Source: Dehalococcoidia bacterium | GTDB lineage: Bacteria; Chloroflexota; Dehalococcoidia; Plut-88900 | DNA length: 64,000 bases | Reading direction: 5' to 3' | Assembly: GCA_965207225.1 (NCBI GenBank) | Contig: CBDBLV010000005.1 | Location: forward strand, 160,001 to 224,000 | Shown here: positions 17,692-27,975 of the stretch, in pieces | Layout: every line of letters begins with the position of its first letter | Numbering within the stretch: position 1 is the stretch's first letter | Notes under the pieces: model-generated | Told to the model about the DNA's origin: nothing | Databases searched by the model: none | What the model saw: only the letters and a program-made list of their open reading frames with translations | Translations under genes and position numbers: made by a program

Positions 17692-18030
17692 ATGCTTGAA
17701 TACAAAGGTTATTTGGGAGAAGTCGTATTCGATGACGAGGCGGGGGTCCTGCACGCCAGGGTAATCAACAGCGGCTCTTATCCGATTGCCAATGCCGAGG
17801 CAACCGACGCGGAAGGGATCAGGAGGGAGTTTCGAATCTCGATTGACGAGTATCTGGCTTCCTGCAATGAGCTGGGTATTGAGCCGGTCAGGCCATTTTC
17901 AGGTGATCTTCGTCTCCGACTAGGGTCCGAGCTCCACAGGAGGGCTACGGTGGCAGCTATGGACGCCGGTGTGAGCCTTAACGCCTGGATAAAGCAGGCC
18001 GTGGAGACTGCCAGCAAGGGAGTGAGGTAG
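17692..18030 (+). CDS. hicB: HicB-family antitoxin (no adjacent hicA)
   Basis: [34 protein letters not shown]. Confidence 0.85.
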   Translation: MLEYKGYLGEVVFDDEAGVLHARVINSGSYPIANAEATDAEGIRREFRISIDEYLASCNELGIEPVRPFSGDLRLRLGSELHRRATVAAMDAGVSLNAWIKQAVETASKGVR

Positions 18031-18174
18031 TACACGGGATAGGAAGTGAGGGCTGGAAGGCGAGGTGGGATTTTTATTGTCGGCCTTGTAAAAACCCATG
18101 TGGTTGGGTAGAGTAGCCGCGTTTAACGAAAAATCGGATAGAGGCTCCGGGTCGGGGCCCGGGAGGATATTCAG

Positions 18175-18570
18175 TTGTCTATAACACTGTCAGAAGCCGA
18201 GACCGTGCTGGCTGCAGCAAAGGCGGAGGCCCGCAGGATGGGCGTAGGCATAAGCGCGACGGTGGTCGATGCCAGGGGTGATTTCGTGGCGGCATTCCGT
18301 ATGGACGGCGTGGGCTGGTTCACGGCGGACGTGTGCCGGGGGAAGGCGTTTGCCTCGGCGAACTTCGGGGTGCCAACGACGGACTTGATGGAGCTGGCGG
18401 GCAACCCCGTGTTCCAGAGCCTGGTGCAGATGCAAGGGGGCCGGATGGTGCTGGGCAAGGGAGCGGTGCCCATCAAGAAGGGGGACCAGGTGATCGGGGC
18501 GATTGGGGTGAGCGGGGCGACGGCGCAGGAGGACGAGGACATAGCGATGGTCGGGGCGCGGGCGATCTAG
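18175..18570 (+). CDS. GlcG/HbpS-family heme-binding protein
   Basis: VVDARG, RMDG, GKAFAS, GAIGVSGA..EDEDIA. Confidence 0.9.
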   Translation: MSITLSEAETVLAAAKAEARRMGVGISATVVDARGDFVAAFRMDGVGWFTADVCRGKAFASANFGVPTTDLMELAGNPVFQSLVQMQGGRMVLGKGAVPIKKGDQVIGAIGVSGATAQEDEDIAMVGARAI

Positions 18571-18622
18571 CAGCTGGCCCCAGACCTGGTAACACCGACT
18601 GAGAAACGGGGGACATAGGCCA

Positions 18623-19777
18623 ATGGACTACGGCAAGATGGCTGTCGAGATGCACCGGAAGGCTCGCGGCAAGATAAGCATGAACTCCAAGGTGCCGCTG
18701 GAGTCGGTGCTGGACATGTCCCTCGCGTACACGCCGGGTGTAGCGCAAGTCAGCCTTGATGTGGCCGCGGACAAACGGGAGGCCTACGAGCTGACCAACA
18801 AGGGGAACATGGTTGCCGTCGTGAGCGATGGGTCGGCGGTGCTGGGGCTGGGGAACATCGGGGCGGAGGGGGCGATGCCGGTGATGGAGGGGAAGGCGGT
18901 GCTGTTCAGGGAGCTGGCGGGGGTGGATGCGTGGCCGATATGCGTCGCGACCCAGGACCCGGACGAGATAATCATGATCGTGCGGAACCTGGCCCCGACC
19001 TTCGGGGGGATCAACCTGGAGGACATTTCGGCGCCCAGGTGCTTCTATATCGAGGAGAACCTGATGGACATCGGGATTCCGGTGTTCCACGATGACCAGC
19101 ACGGTACGGCGGTGGTAACGCTGGCGGCGGCGATCAACGCGCTGAAGGTTGTGGGCAAGGGCTTCGATGAGGTGAAGGTGGTGTTCAGCGGGGCGGGGGC
19201 CAGCGGGATAGCCTGTGCGCAGATCCTGCAGGAGATGGGGACGACGGACATAGTGCTGGTCGATTCCCGGGGGGCGATATACAAGGGTCGGGACAACCTG
19301 AACTCGATGAAGGAGAGGATCGCGGAGACCACGAACCACAGGATGGAGAGCGGGTCGGTCCACGACGTCATCAAGGGAGCGGATATGTTCATCGGGCTGT
19401 CGACGAAGGACCTGCTGGACGCCGACGACATCCGGAACATGAACAAGGACGCCATAGTTCTGGCGATGGCCAACCCGGACCCGGAGATCCTGCCCGACGA
19501 GGCGTTCAAGGGCGGGGCTAAGGTAGTGGGTACGGGACGCAGCGACATGCTGAACCAGGTGAACAACGTTCTCGGGTTCCCGGGTATCTTCCGTGGGGCG
19601 CTCGATGCCCGGGCGGAGCGGGTGACGATGGGTATGAAGATTGCTGCGGGCCACGCGATAGCAGGTGTCATAGAGGAGCCGACGCCGGAGGAGATTATCC
19701 CGTACGCTTTGAATACGGCGGTGGTTCCGGCGGTGGCGGAGGCTGTTGAGCAGGCGTGGAGGGTGGAGTCGAGGTAG
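18623..19777 (+). CDS. NAD(P)-dependent malic enzyme
   Basis: LAYTPGVA, GSAVLGLGNIG, MEGKAVLF, INLEDISAPRCF, FHDDQHGT, NQVNNVLGFPG. Confidence 0.95.
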   Translation: MDYGKMAVEMHRKARGKISMNSKVPLESVLDMSLAYTPGVAQVSLDVAADKREAYELTNKGNMVAVVSDGSAVLGLGNIGAEGAMPVMEGKAVLFRELAGVDAWPICVATQDPDEIIMIVRNLAPTFGGINLEDISAPRCFYIEENLMDIGIPVFHDDQHGTAVVTLAAAINALKVVGKGFDEVKVVFSGAGASGIACAQILQEMGTTDIVLVDSRGAIYKGRDNLNSMKERIAETTNHRMESGSVHDVIKGADMFIGLSTKDLLDADDIRNMNKDAIVLAMANPDPEILPDEAFKGGAKVVGTGRSDMLNQVNNVLGFPGIFRGALDARAERVTMGMKIAAGHAIAGVIEEPTPEEIIPYALNTAVVPAVAEAVEQAWRVESR

Positions 19778-19805
19778 CTGTTAAGCACATCTGAAGTGAG
19801 GTACG

Positions 19806-19840
19806 GACCCTTCTGCGGAAGCAGAGGGGTCTTTGCTTTT
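19806..19840 (+). terminator. Rho-independent terminator
   Basis: GACCCTTCTGC-GGAA-GCAGAGGGGTC followed by TTTGCTTTT. Confidence 0.7.
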
Positions 19841-19970
19841 GTGGGGGAGGGCGACCCGTCGGTCGCCCCTATGGAGGATAGGCCCCCGCGGGATGGATTC
19901 CGGCTCTGGGCTGGGGTGACGGGGAAGTGGAAGGGCTGGAAATCCCGTGAAAATCCGTGGGGGGAACCTC

Positions 19971-20053
19971 TTGACGGGGCTTGTGAAAGTTATTACAGTA
20001 TCATAAGTACGTATTAGCGATACATAAATATATAGTTATATACATACTACAAT
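19971..20053 (+). promoter_or_regulatory. AT-rich promoter/operator region upstream of the GGDEF-RHH gene and pst operon
   Basis: TTGACG at 19971; TAYRTA hexamers at 20008, 20021, 20029, 20037, 20041. Confidence 0.5.
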
Positions 20054-20107
20054 ATGCCGGTCGTATTGCCGACGTACAACGGTCAGGTAAGTGGGGAGGT
20101 TTACGGC

Positions 20108-20833
20108 ATGAGCCTGAGAACGTCTAACGGGGTGCAGGACCTGGAGCGAGACTCGCTTACCGGTCTGTATACGCGAGCCTCCGCGAACAGGATTGTGAAG
20201 ATCGGGATCGAGGAGGCGCTGGGGGACGGCGGGATGATATCAGTGGCCCTGCTGGACGTGGACAGGTTCGAGCTGTTTGACGAAGAGCACGGACTTTCGG
20301 CAGGGGACGCACTGCTTAAGGCGGTATCGGAAATCCTGCGGAACGCGGAGACCGGGGCCGAAGCCATATCCCGCTATAGCAGGGACACGTTTCTGCTGAT
20401 ATTCCCGGGCCGGGGGCCCGAGGACGCCCTGCTGGCCGCGGAAAAGGTACGCTCCTTCTTTGATACCAACCCCCTGAGCCTCGGCCACCAGGACGAGCCG
20501 TTGGAGGTGAAGGTGTCGCTGAGCAGCGGAGTCGCATCCTACCCCAACCAGGCCCATGACGACCGGGACCTGCTGCGGAAGGCGCAGGGGGCACTGATCC
20601 GGGCGAAGGAGACGGGTCGGGGGCGGACGAACCTGTGGCAGCGGTCCAAGGAGACCCGGATGGCCCTGAAGACGAGCTACTACGCCCAGACGCAGCTGGA
20701 CCAGCTATCGGAGCTGGCGGACGAGCTGTCCAGGAGTGAGGCATCGCTGCTGCGGGAGGCGATGGATGACCTGCTGTGGAAGTTCTACAGCCTGCGGGTC
20801 CGTCCCCCCGAGGAGCCCCGGGGCAAGAAGTAG
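20108..20833 (+). CDS. Degenerate GGDEF domain fused to a C-terminal ribbon-helix-helix domain
   Basis: RDSLTGL, LLDVDRF, GDALLK, signature replaced by RYSRDTF, AKETGR; then KTSYYAQTQLDQLSELA...SEASLLREAMDDLL. RBS GGAGG before ATG 20108. Confidence 0.8.
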   Translation: MSLRTSNGVQDLERDSLTGLYTRASANRIVKIGIEEALGDGGMISVALLDVDRFELFDEEHGLSAGDALLKAVSEILRNAETGAEAISRYSRDTFLLIFPGRGPEDALLAAEKVRSFFDTNPLSLGHQDEPLEVKVSLSSGVASYPNQAHDDRDLLRKAQGALIRAKETGRGRTNLWQRSKETRMALKTSYYAQTQLDQLSELADELSRSEASLLREAMDDLLWKFYSLRVRPPEEPRGKK

Positions 20834-20876
20834 CCGAATCCCAGTTTGAGCACCAGTAGTTTCAGGAGGTCCAGAA

Positions 20877-21875
20877 TTGAGAACCATCAGGAAGATAGTG
20901 CCCTGGCAGCGCATGGGAGTTGCGCTGCTTGTGGGCATGTTAGCCGTCGGGGTTGCAGTGGCTTGCGGAGGCGGCACTTCGACTGAGGGGGGCGGATCCT
21001 CGGCAACTACGGGCAGTGCGGGGGAACAGCTGAGCGGCGACATTGAGATCGACGGCTCCAGCACGGTGTTTCCCGTGACTGCCGCCGTAGCGGAAGAGTT
21101 CCGCAAGGAACACGGAGACGTACAGATCAACGTCGGGTTTTCGGGCACGGGCGGTGGATTCAAGCGTTTCGCTGCCGGCGAGACGGTTATAAGCGACGCC
21201 TCCCGTCCGATCCTGGAGGAGGAGGCGGAAGCTGCGGAAGCCAACGGAATTGAGTACATAGAGCTCAGGGTCGGGACAGATGGACTCTCCGTGATGGTGA
21301 GTCCGAAGAACGACTTCGTGGACTGCCTGAGCGTCGACCAGCTGCACGAAATCTGGAAGCCGGAGAGCACGGTCAACAACTGGAACCAGATCAACCCGGA
21401 CTGGCCCGACAACAAGATCAATCTGTACGGCCCGGGCACCGACTCCGGAACCTTCGATTACTTCACCGAAGAGGTTAACGGAGAGGCCAAGGTCAGCAGG
21501 GCGGACTACACCGCCAGCGAGGACGACAACGTGCTGGTCCGGGGCATCGCGGGCGACCGGAACGCTCTCGGTTACTTCGGGTATGCATACTACGCAGAGA
21601 ATGCGGACAAACTGAAGGTCATCGGTGTGGACCACGGAGAAGGCTGCGTGCTCCCGTCACCGGAGACTATCGAGGACGGCAGCTACGGCAAGCTGTCCCG
21701 GCCGCTGTTCATCTACGTGGACGTGGATGCCCTGAAGAACAGGCCGGAGGTAGCTGCATTCGTAGACTTCTTCCTGGACAACGTCCCGGAGCTAGTCAGG
21801 GAAGTTGGATACATTGCGGAGCCGCCCGCGGTGTACGACGAGGGTCGGGCGAAGGTGGCGGCGGCAAAGGAATAA
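20877..21875 (+). CDS. pstS: Phosphate ABC transporter substrate-binding lipoprotein PstS
   Basis: Lipobox VAVAC, IDGSSTVFP, SGTGGGFKRF, DSGTFDYF, SRPLFIY. Confidence 0.95.
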   Translation: MRTIRKIVPWQRMGVALLVGMLAVGVAVACGGGTSTEGGGSSATTGSAGEQLSGDIEIDGSSTVFPVTAAVAEEFRKEHGDVQINVGFSGTGGGFKRFAAGETVISDASRPILEEEAEAAEANGIEYIELRVGTDGLSVMVSPKNDFVDCLSVDQLHEIWKPESTVNNWNQINPDWPDNKINLYGPGTDSGTFDYFTEEVNGEAKVSRADYTASEDDNVLVRGIAGDRNALGYFGYAYYAENADKLKVIGVDHGEGCVLPSPETIEDGSYGKLSRPLFIYVDVDALKNRPEVAAFVDFFLDNVPELVREVGYIAEPPAVYDEGRAKVAAAKE

Positions 21876-22150
21876 TGAGTAAGAGATTTGCGAGTTGCTT
21901 TAGGTTGACTCCGAAACCCGCCCCGCCCATTCCGCTCTTGAGACCCTTCGACTCTGCTCAGGGCGAGCGTAATGCCCCACCCCAGTCAGGGCATCTGTAA
22001 TCGCCTCGGGGGCCGGAATGACGAGAACAAACAAGACAACTACTTGATTCCCCCCATCTGTGAGGGCGGCGGCGCTCAATGCGCCGGGGTGGGACCGCCG
22101 CTCCCATCATGCCCTTTAAAGAATTGGGAAAGGGGCATAAAGCTTTTATA

Positions 22151-23119
22151 ATGAAGCAATCCATGGCGGAGACCAGGGAGCCCACGATCCCTTCAAAGGC
22201 CGAGACCCGGGCCCCAACACGGGTAAAGGATGCACGACGCCGGCGGCGAGACCTCGAAGGCAACGCCGTCCGGTATCTTTTCTTCCTCTGCGCCCTCGTA
22301 TCCATTGTCACGACGGTGGGCATAGTAGTCAGCCTGTTGAGCCAGGCCGTGGGATTCTTCCAGGAAGTCCCGTTCTGGGAATTCTTCTTCGGCACCCGCT
22401 GGACGCCTATCCTGAAGCCGAACTCCTACGGTGTTCTGCCGCTGGTCGGGGGCACGCTGCTGGTGGCAGGGCTGGCCCTGGCGGTGGCCATACCGGTCGG
22501 GCTTGCGATAGCGATCTTCCTGGCGGAGTACGCCCCCGACAAGATGAGACGGGTAATCAAGCCCGCCCTGGAGGTGCTGGCGGGGATCCCGACGGTGGTG
22601 TACGGCTACTTTGCCCTGACCTGGGTGTCACCGCAACTGCAGAACATATTCCCCAACATGCTCATCTTCAACGCCCTGAGCGCGGGCGTGGTGATGGGGA
22701 TAATGGTCATCCCTATGGTCTCGTCGCTGAGCGAGGACGCCATGCTGGCCGTGCCGCGGTCACTGAGGGAAGGGGCCTATGCGCTGGGTGCGACCAAGCT
22801 GGAGGTGTCGCTGAAGGTGGTGGTGCCGGCGGCGTTGTCGGGGATCGTGGCTGCGTTCATCCTGGCGCTGTCCCGGGCCATCGGGGAGACGATGCTGGTG
22901 ACCATCGCCGCGGGCGCTACGCCCAACCTGACCTGGAACCCGACCGAGAGCATCCAGGCGATGACCGCTTACATAGTCCAGCTGGCCCTAGGGGAAGCTC
23001 CGCACGGGTCGATTGAATACCAGACGATCTTCGCTGTAGCGATACTGCTGTTTGCCCTGACGCTGACGGCGAACATGGTGGGCCACTGGTTCGTGCGCAG
23101 GTGGCAAGAGAAGTACTGA
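22151..23119 (+). CDS. pstC: Phosphate ABC transporter permease PstC
   Basis: [31 protein letters not shown]; start uncertain. Confidence 0.95.
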   Translation: MKQSMAETREPTIPSKAETRAPTRVKDARRRRRDLEGNAVRYLFFLCALVSIVTTVGIVVSLLSQAVGFFQEVPFWEFFFGTRWTPILKPNSYGVLPLVGGTLLVAGLALAVAIPVGLAIAIFLAEYAPDKMRRVIKPALEVLAGIPTVVYGYFALTWVSPQLQNIFPNMLIFNALSAGVVMGIMVIPMVSSLSEDAMLAVPRSLREGAYALGATKLEVSLKVVVPAALSGIVAAFILALSRAIGETMLVTIAAGATPNLTWNPTESIQAMTAYIVQLALGEAPHGSIEYQTIFAVAILLFALTLTANMVGHWFVRRWQEKY

Positions 23120-24003
23120 TGCAGCGGATTACCGGCGGTTCATTCGATCCACGGCTGGCGTTTCGCAAGAGCGTGGGGACGGGGTTTGTCGGGCTCTTCC
23201 TGCTGGCCCTGTGCATAGGCCTGGCCGGGCTGATCATCCTGATCATCCAAGTGCTGATCGAAGGGGTGCCGTGGCTTAGCTGGACACTGCTGTCCAGCTA
23301 CCAGTCCCGTTTCCCGGAACAGGCGGGCCTACTGGCGCCGGTAATCGGGAGCCTGTGGCTGATGGCGCTGACGGCGGCATTTACGGTGCCCGTGGGTGTC
23401 GGGGCGGCGGTGTATCTCGAAGAATACGCGCCGAAGAACCGGTTGACGCAGATTATCGAAATAAATATCTCCAACCTGGCGGGGGTGCCGTCCATCGTAT
23501 ACGGCCTTCTTGGGTTGGCGGTGTTCGTACAGTGGATGGCGATGGGCAGGTCGCTGCTGGCGGGGGGGCTCACGCTGTCTTTGCTGGTGCTGCCGATAGT
23601 TATTCTGACGTCACGGGAGGCGATTCGGGCAGTTCCGCAGAGCTACCGGCAGGGGGCCTACGCCCTGGGCTCGACGCAGTGGGAAGTTACGAAGAAGATA
23701 GTGCTCCCGGCCGCGTTCCCCGGAATCCTGACGGGGGTTATACTGGCGATGTCCAGGGCGGTCGGGGAGGCGGCGCCGATACTGGCGATCACGGCCCTGG
23801 TGTACGTGACCTTCGTACCCAGCAATCCCCTGGACAGGTTCACCATCCTGCCGTTACAGATCTTCGACTGGGTCGGGAGGCCGCAGGAGGACTTCCAGGC
23901 ACTGGCGGCTGCGGGCATCATCATCCTGCTGGGGCTGCTCCTATCGATGAACGCATTAGCCATTTTCTTACGCAACAAGTATCAGAAGAGGTCGGAGGAA
24001 TAG
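23119..24003 (+). CDS. pstA: Phosphate ABC transporter permease PstA
   Basis: [30 protein letters not shown]. Confidence 0.95.
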   Translation: MQRITGGSFDPRLAFRKSVGTGFVGLFLLALCIGLAGLIILIIQVLIEGVPWLSWTLLSSYQSRFPEQAGLLAPVIGSLWLMALTAAFTVPVGVGAAVYLEEYAPKNRLTQIIEINISNLAGVPSIVYGLLGLAVFVQWMAMGRSLLAGGLTLSLLVLPIVILTSREAIRAVPQSYRQGAYALGSTQWEVTKKIVLPAAFPGILTGVILAMSRAVGEAAPILAITALVYVTFVPSNPLDRFTILPLQIFDWVGRPQEDFQALAAAGIIILLGLLLSMNALAIFLRNKYQKRSEE

Positions 24004-24004
24004 A

Positions 24005-24778
24005 ATGGGGGAGTCGGACGTAATCCTCGAGGCCCGGGACCTGTACAGCTGGTATGGGTCGTTCTGCGCTGTCAGGGACGTGAGCATGGGCATCGAGCAG
24101 AACAAGGTGACTGCGCTCATCGGGCCGTCGGGGTGCGGGAAGAGCACACTGCTGCGGTGCTTCAACCGGATGAACGAACTGGTGCCCGGGGCACATATCG
24201 ACGGCGAGGTGCTCTACCACGACGAGGATATATACGGCGAAGAGATGGACGCCACCGAAATCCGGTCGAAGATAGGGATGGTGTTCCAGAAGCCGAACCC
24301 GTTTCCCAAGTCGATCTACCAGAACGTGGCTTTTGGCTTGCGGATTAACGGGTACAAGGGAGACGAAGGGGAGGCGGTGGAGCAGGCCCTCCGGAGGGCG
24401 GCGCTCTGGAACGAGGTGGAGGACCGGCTGAACGAGGGGGCGCTTACGCTGTCGGGGGGTCAGCAGCAGCGGCTGTGCATAGCCCGGGCGCTGGCGGTGG
24501 AGCCGGAGGTGCTGCTGATGGACGAGCCGTGCTCGGCACTGGACCCGATAGCGACGCTGGCCATAGAGGACTTGATCCGGGACCTGGTGTCGGATATCAC
24601 GATTGTCATAGTGACACACAACATGCAGCAGGCGGCGCGAGTGTCGGACCATACGGCGTTCCTGATGATGGGAGACAACCGGGCGGGCTACCTAGTCGAG
24701 CACGGGCCCACGAACGATATCTTCACCAACCCGAAGGAAGAAAGCACTGAAGCCTACATCACGGGCCGGTTCAGCTAG
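24005..24778 (+). CDS. pstB: Phosphate ABC transporter ATP-binding protein PstB
   Basis: [49 protein letters not shown]. Confidence 0.96.
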   Translation: MGESDVILEARDLYSWYGSFCAVRDVSMGIEQNKVTALIGPSGCGKSTLLRCFNRMNELVPGAHIDGEVLYHDEDIYGEEMDATEIRSKIGMVFQKPNPFPKSIYQNVAFGLRINGYKGDEGEAVEQALRRAALWNEVEDRLNEGALTLSGGQQQRLCIARALAVEPEVLLMDEPCSALDPIATLAIEDLIRDLVSDITIVIVTHNMQQAARVSDHTAFLMMGDNRAGYLVEHGPTNDIFTNPKEESTEAYITGRFS

Positions 24779-24795
24779 AGTCAGGCGGTAATCCC

Positions 24796-26139
24796 ATGCC
24801 TAGAGCCGATTTCGACAACGATCTGAAGCTGCTGGAGGAAGACCTTCTCCGGATGGGCGACATGGTCGAGGAAGCGATAGACCGGGCCCTCGATGCCCTA
24901 TCCAAGCGCGATCTTGATGCATCCGCGCAGGTGGTTCGGGACGACGACAATCTGGACCGCTTGCAGATCGAGATTGAAGAGAAGTGCATCGAGCTCATCG
25001 CCACCCAGCAGCCGATGGCAGGCGACCTCAGGGCCCTGGTAACGGTATTGAGCGTCGTAAGCGACCTGGAACGGATGGGGGACTATGCGGAAGGGATCGG
25101 GAAGATCAGCCTACTAATGGGCGATGAGCCTCCGATAAAACCTTTGATCGACATTCCGCTTATGGCCGAAAAGGCCAAGAAAATGCTGGAAGGCAGCCTC
25201 GAGTCCCTGGTGAACCGGGACGTGGAGTTGGCGGCCCAGGTCAGCGTCGATGACGACGAAGTCGACTCCCTGTACGACCAGGTATACCGGGAGCTTCTCA
25301 CTTACATGATCCAGGACCCGAAGAACGTGCAGCGGGCCACCTACCTGCTATGGGTAGCCCACGACCTTGAAAGGCTTGCGGACAGGGCGACGAACATCGC
25401 TGAGAGGGTGATATACCTGGTGACGGGTCGGCAGATCACGGTCGAAGTTTCACCATCGACGGTCAGGGTCAGGGAGCAGCAAGGAAAAATCAGGAGGCAG
25501 GTCATGGCCAGATCGCCGTCGATTCCCGGAGCCCACGAAAAGTTCTACGAGCTGCTGCAGAGCGAGGCGTCTAACCTGAAGATCACCGCCCAGGCCCTTG
25601 CGGAGATGATGGACGACTTCGGGTCGGTGGAAACGAGCGCCCAGAGGATTCGGGACCTGGAGCACACCGGCGACGAGATCATTCACAGCATAATGCGTCT
25701 GCTGCACGGCACGTTTGTGACTCCGCTGGACAGGCAGGACATCCAGAACCTGGCGGAGCGGCTGGACGACGTCGTGGACCACATTGAGGAGGCGGCGCGG
25801 GATATCCAGGAGTTCAACATCGAAGCGCCAACGCCCCAGGCGGCTGAGGTAGCCCACGTCCTTCAGCAAGCGGGGGTGGAGTTGGAGAAGGCGGTCGGGT
25901 GGCTTCCGACCATGCGTACAAAGAAGGACGACATCCTGGAGCTGTGCCGAAGCATCAGCACGCTGGAGGAGGAGGCGGACAGGGTCGGGAGGCAGGCGCT
26001 GATCGAGCTGTTCAACGACGGCCGGTCCTTCAATGAGGTGATGAAGTGGCGGGAGGTGTACCAGCACCTGGAGGAAGCGGCCGACAGCTGCCAAGGCGCA
26101 GCCATTGTGCTGGAAGGCATCGTCCTGGAATATGCCTAG
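24796..26139 (+). CDS. phoU: PhoU fused in frame to a DUF47 (PhoU-like) domain
   Basis: QQPMAGDLR, DLERMGD, DLERLADRATNIAE in the first ~215 aa; then EHTGD, FVTPLDRQDI, EEEAD, KWREVY. Confidence 0.9.
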   Translation: MPRADFDNDLKLLEEDLLRMGDMVEEAIDRALDALSKRDLDASAQVVRDDDNLDRLQIEIEEKCIELIATQQPMAGDLRALVTVLSVVSDLERMGDYAEGIGKISLLMGDEPPIKPLIDIPLMAEKAKKMLEGSLESLVNRDVELAAQVSVDDDEVDSLYDQVYRELLTYMIQDPKNVQRATYLLWVAHDLERLADRATNIAERVIYLVTGRQITVEVSPSTVRVREQQGKIRRQVMARSPSIPGAHEKFYELLQSEASNLKITAQALAEMMDDFGSVETSAQRIRDLEHTGDEIIHSIMRLLHGTFVTPLDRQDIQNLAERLDDVVDHIEEAARDIQEFNIEAPTPQAAEVAHVLQQAGVELEKAVGWLPTMRTKKDDILELCRSISTLEEEADRVGRQALIELFNDGRSFNEVMKWREVYQHLEEAADSCQGAAIVLEGIVLEYA

Positions 26140-26165
26140 CCGGTCCCGGGTCACAGGCTGACTTC

Positions 26166-26843
26166 TTGGAGAAATCTCTTCCCAAACGAGCACTCGCCGA
26201 GGGCATCGGCACATTTGGCCTGGTGTTCGCTACGGCGGGCGCGAATGTAGTCAACGAACTGTCCGACGGCCGGATTACCCACCTGGGGGTGGGCATAGTC
26301 TCGGGGCTGATCATCACGGCGATGATCTATGCCGTGGGGCACATCTCGGGGGCGCACTTCAACCCTGCGGTGACCGTGGGTTTTGCGGTGGGCCGGCACT
26401 TCCCCATGAAAGAGATTCCCGTCTACTGGGCTGCGCAACTGCTCGGGGGCAGTGTTGGGGCGTTAAGCCTGCTCGGCCTGTTCGGGAAGGTGGGGATCAT
26501 GGGGGGGACGGTGCCAAGGGGCTCGACGCTAGAGTCGTTCGGCTTCGAGATACCGCTGACCTTCATCCTGATGTTCGTCATCATGGCCGTGGCGACAGAT
26601 TCCCGGGCGCAGGGGGGACAGGCGGCGCTGGCGGTCGGAGTCACAGTGGGGCTGAACTCGATATTCGGGGGGCCGATATCGGGGGCGTCGATGAACCCGG
26701 CGAGGTCATTCGGGCCTGCGCTGGCGGCGTGGAATTGGGGAGACCACTGGATCTACTGGACGGCGCCGTTTGTCGGGGCGGGGTTGGGGGCGGTGGCTTA
26801 TAATCTTCTCCGTTCCTCCAGAGAAGACACGCCCACCCCGTAG
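26166..26843 (+). CDS. MIP-family aquaporin/aquaglyceroporin
   Basis: HISGAHFNPAVT and SGASMNPARSFGPA; likely TTG start at 26166. Confidence 0.92.
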   Translation: MEKSLPKRALAEGIGTFGLVFATAGANVVNELSDGRITHLGVGIVSGLIITAMIYAVGHISGAHFNPAVTVGFAVGRHFPMKEIPVYWAAQLLGGSVGALSLLGLFGKVGIMGGTVPRGSTLESFGFEIPLTFILMFVIMAVATDSRAQGGQAALAVGVTVGLNSIFGGPISGASMNPARSFGPALAAWNWGDHWIYWTAPFVGAGLGAVAYNLLRSSREDTPTP

Positions 26844-26874
26844 CTGCTCAGGCGGCTAGAACAAGGAGACACCG

Positions 26875-27318
26875 ATGTCCGACGTCAAACCCATCCCTGA
26901 CGGCTATTCCATCATCACCCCCTACCTTATCGTCAATGATGCTGCCGGGTTCCTGGACTTTCTCTCCAATGCGTTTGGAGCGGTGGAGAGGCTGCGCATA
27001 CCAATGCCCGGAGGAACCATCGGACATTCCGAGGTGGAGATAAACGGTGCGGTGCTGATGGTGAGCGACGTGGAGGGGACGGACTTCCAGACGACAAGGT
27101 CGCTGATACATCATTTTGTCGAGGACGTTGACTCTGCCTACAAGCGGGCCATCGACGCCGGGGCGACGCCTATCGCCGAGCCGGAAACCCAGTTCTATGG
27201 AGACCGCATGGGCCACGTGCTCGATCCGTCCGGCAACCGGTGGGTACTGTCTACCCATGTGGAGGACGTGGACATGGACGAGGTGATGAAGGCTATCGAG
27301 GGGATGGGGGAGGGGTAG
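26875..27318 (+). CDS. VOC/PhnB-like glyoxalase family protein
   Basis: KPIPDGYSIITPYL, VEDVD, FYGDR, DPSGNRW. Confidence 0.9.
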   Translation: MSDVKPIPDGYSIITPYLIVNDAAGFLDFLSNAFGAVERLRIPMPGGTIGHSEVEINGAVLMVSDVEGTDFQTTRSLIHHFVEDVDSAYKRAIDAGATPIAEPETQFYGDRMGHVLDPSGNRWVLSTHVEDVDMDEVMKAIEGMGEG

Positions 27319-27356
27319 GGCACCTTGACGCCCGGGCTGGCATGGTACCCTCCCCA

Positions 27357-27430
27357 CTCGACCCTTCGATGGAGCTCAGGGTGAGCGGCCCAGCCCCGGG
27401 GATGGATTCCCGATCGGGGTCGGGAATGAC
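27357..27430 (+). repeat. Repeat families C + B
   Basis: CCCTTCGATGGAGCTCAGGGTGAGCGG; GATGGATTCCCGATCGGGGTCGGGAATGAC. Confidence 0.85.
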
Positions 27431-27506
27431 GTGATGGGGGGTTGGACACCGACTCCCGTGAAATCTAGAATAAGCAACAATTCAACAGGGCAGGGAGGGC
27501 GAGAAC

Positions 27507-27950
27507 ATGGCTAGCGGGCCGCAGGTACATGCAATCAGTGTTTCGAAGAGCCACTTCGGGGATATGGAGTCTCAGGCGAGCGCGCACGTAATCGAGGACC
27601 TGGGCATCGAGGGGGACAGGTACGCGGTGAAGCGGGGGATGAACCGGGCCAAGCGACAGGTGCTCCTGATGGACAAGGAGACGATCGACCTGCTGGGTCT
27701 GAACCCCGGGACGGTGCGGGAGAATATCACGACCGAGGGTTTCGATATCTATTCGCTGGAGCCGGGGCAGAAGGTGCGCATCGGCTCCCAGGTGGAATTG
27801 GAGATCACGGAGCTGTGCAACCCGTGCGAGCGGATGGATGCGGTGAGGCCGGGCCTGAGGGCGGAGCTGGAGGGGCGTCGGGGGATGCTGACCCGGGTGG
27901 CGAAGGGTGGGGATATTGTCATCGGGGATGGGATCTCGGTGGTGGGGTGA
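27507..27950 (+). CDS. MOSC domain protein
   Basis: GIEGDRY, RQVLL, ENITTEG, CNPCERM, RRG. Confidence 0.9.
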   Translation: MASGPQVHAISVSKSHFGDMESQASAHVIEDLGIEGDRYAVKRGMNRAKRQVLLMDKETIDLLGLNPGTVRENITTEGFDIYSLEPGQKVRIGSQVELEITELCNPCERMDAVRPGLRAELEGRRGMLTRVAKGGDIVIGDGISVVG

Positions 27951-27975
27951 TGCCCCACACACCGCGGGATTCATC

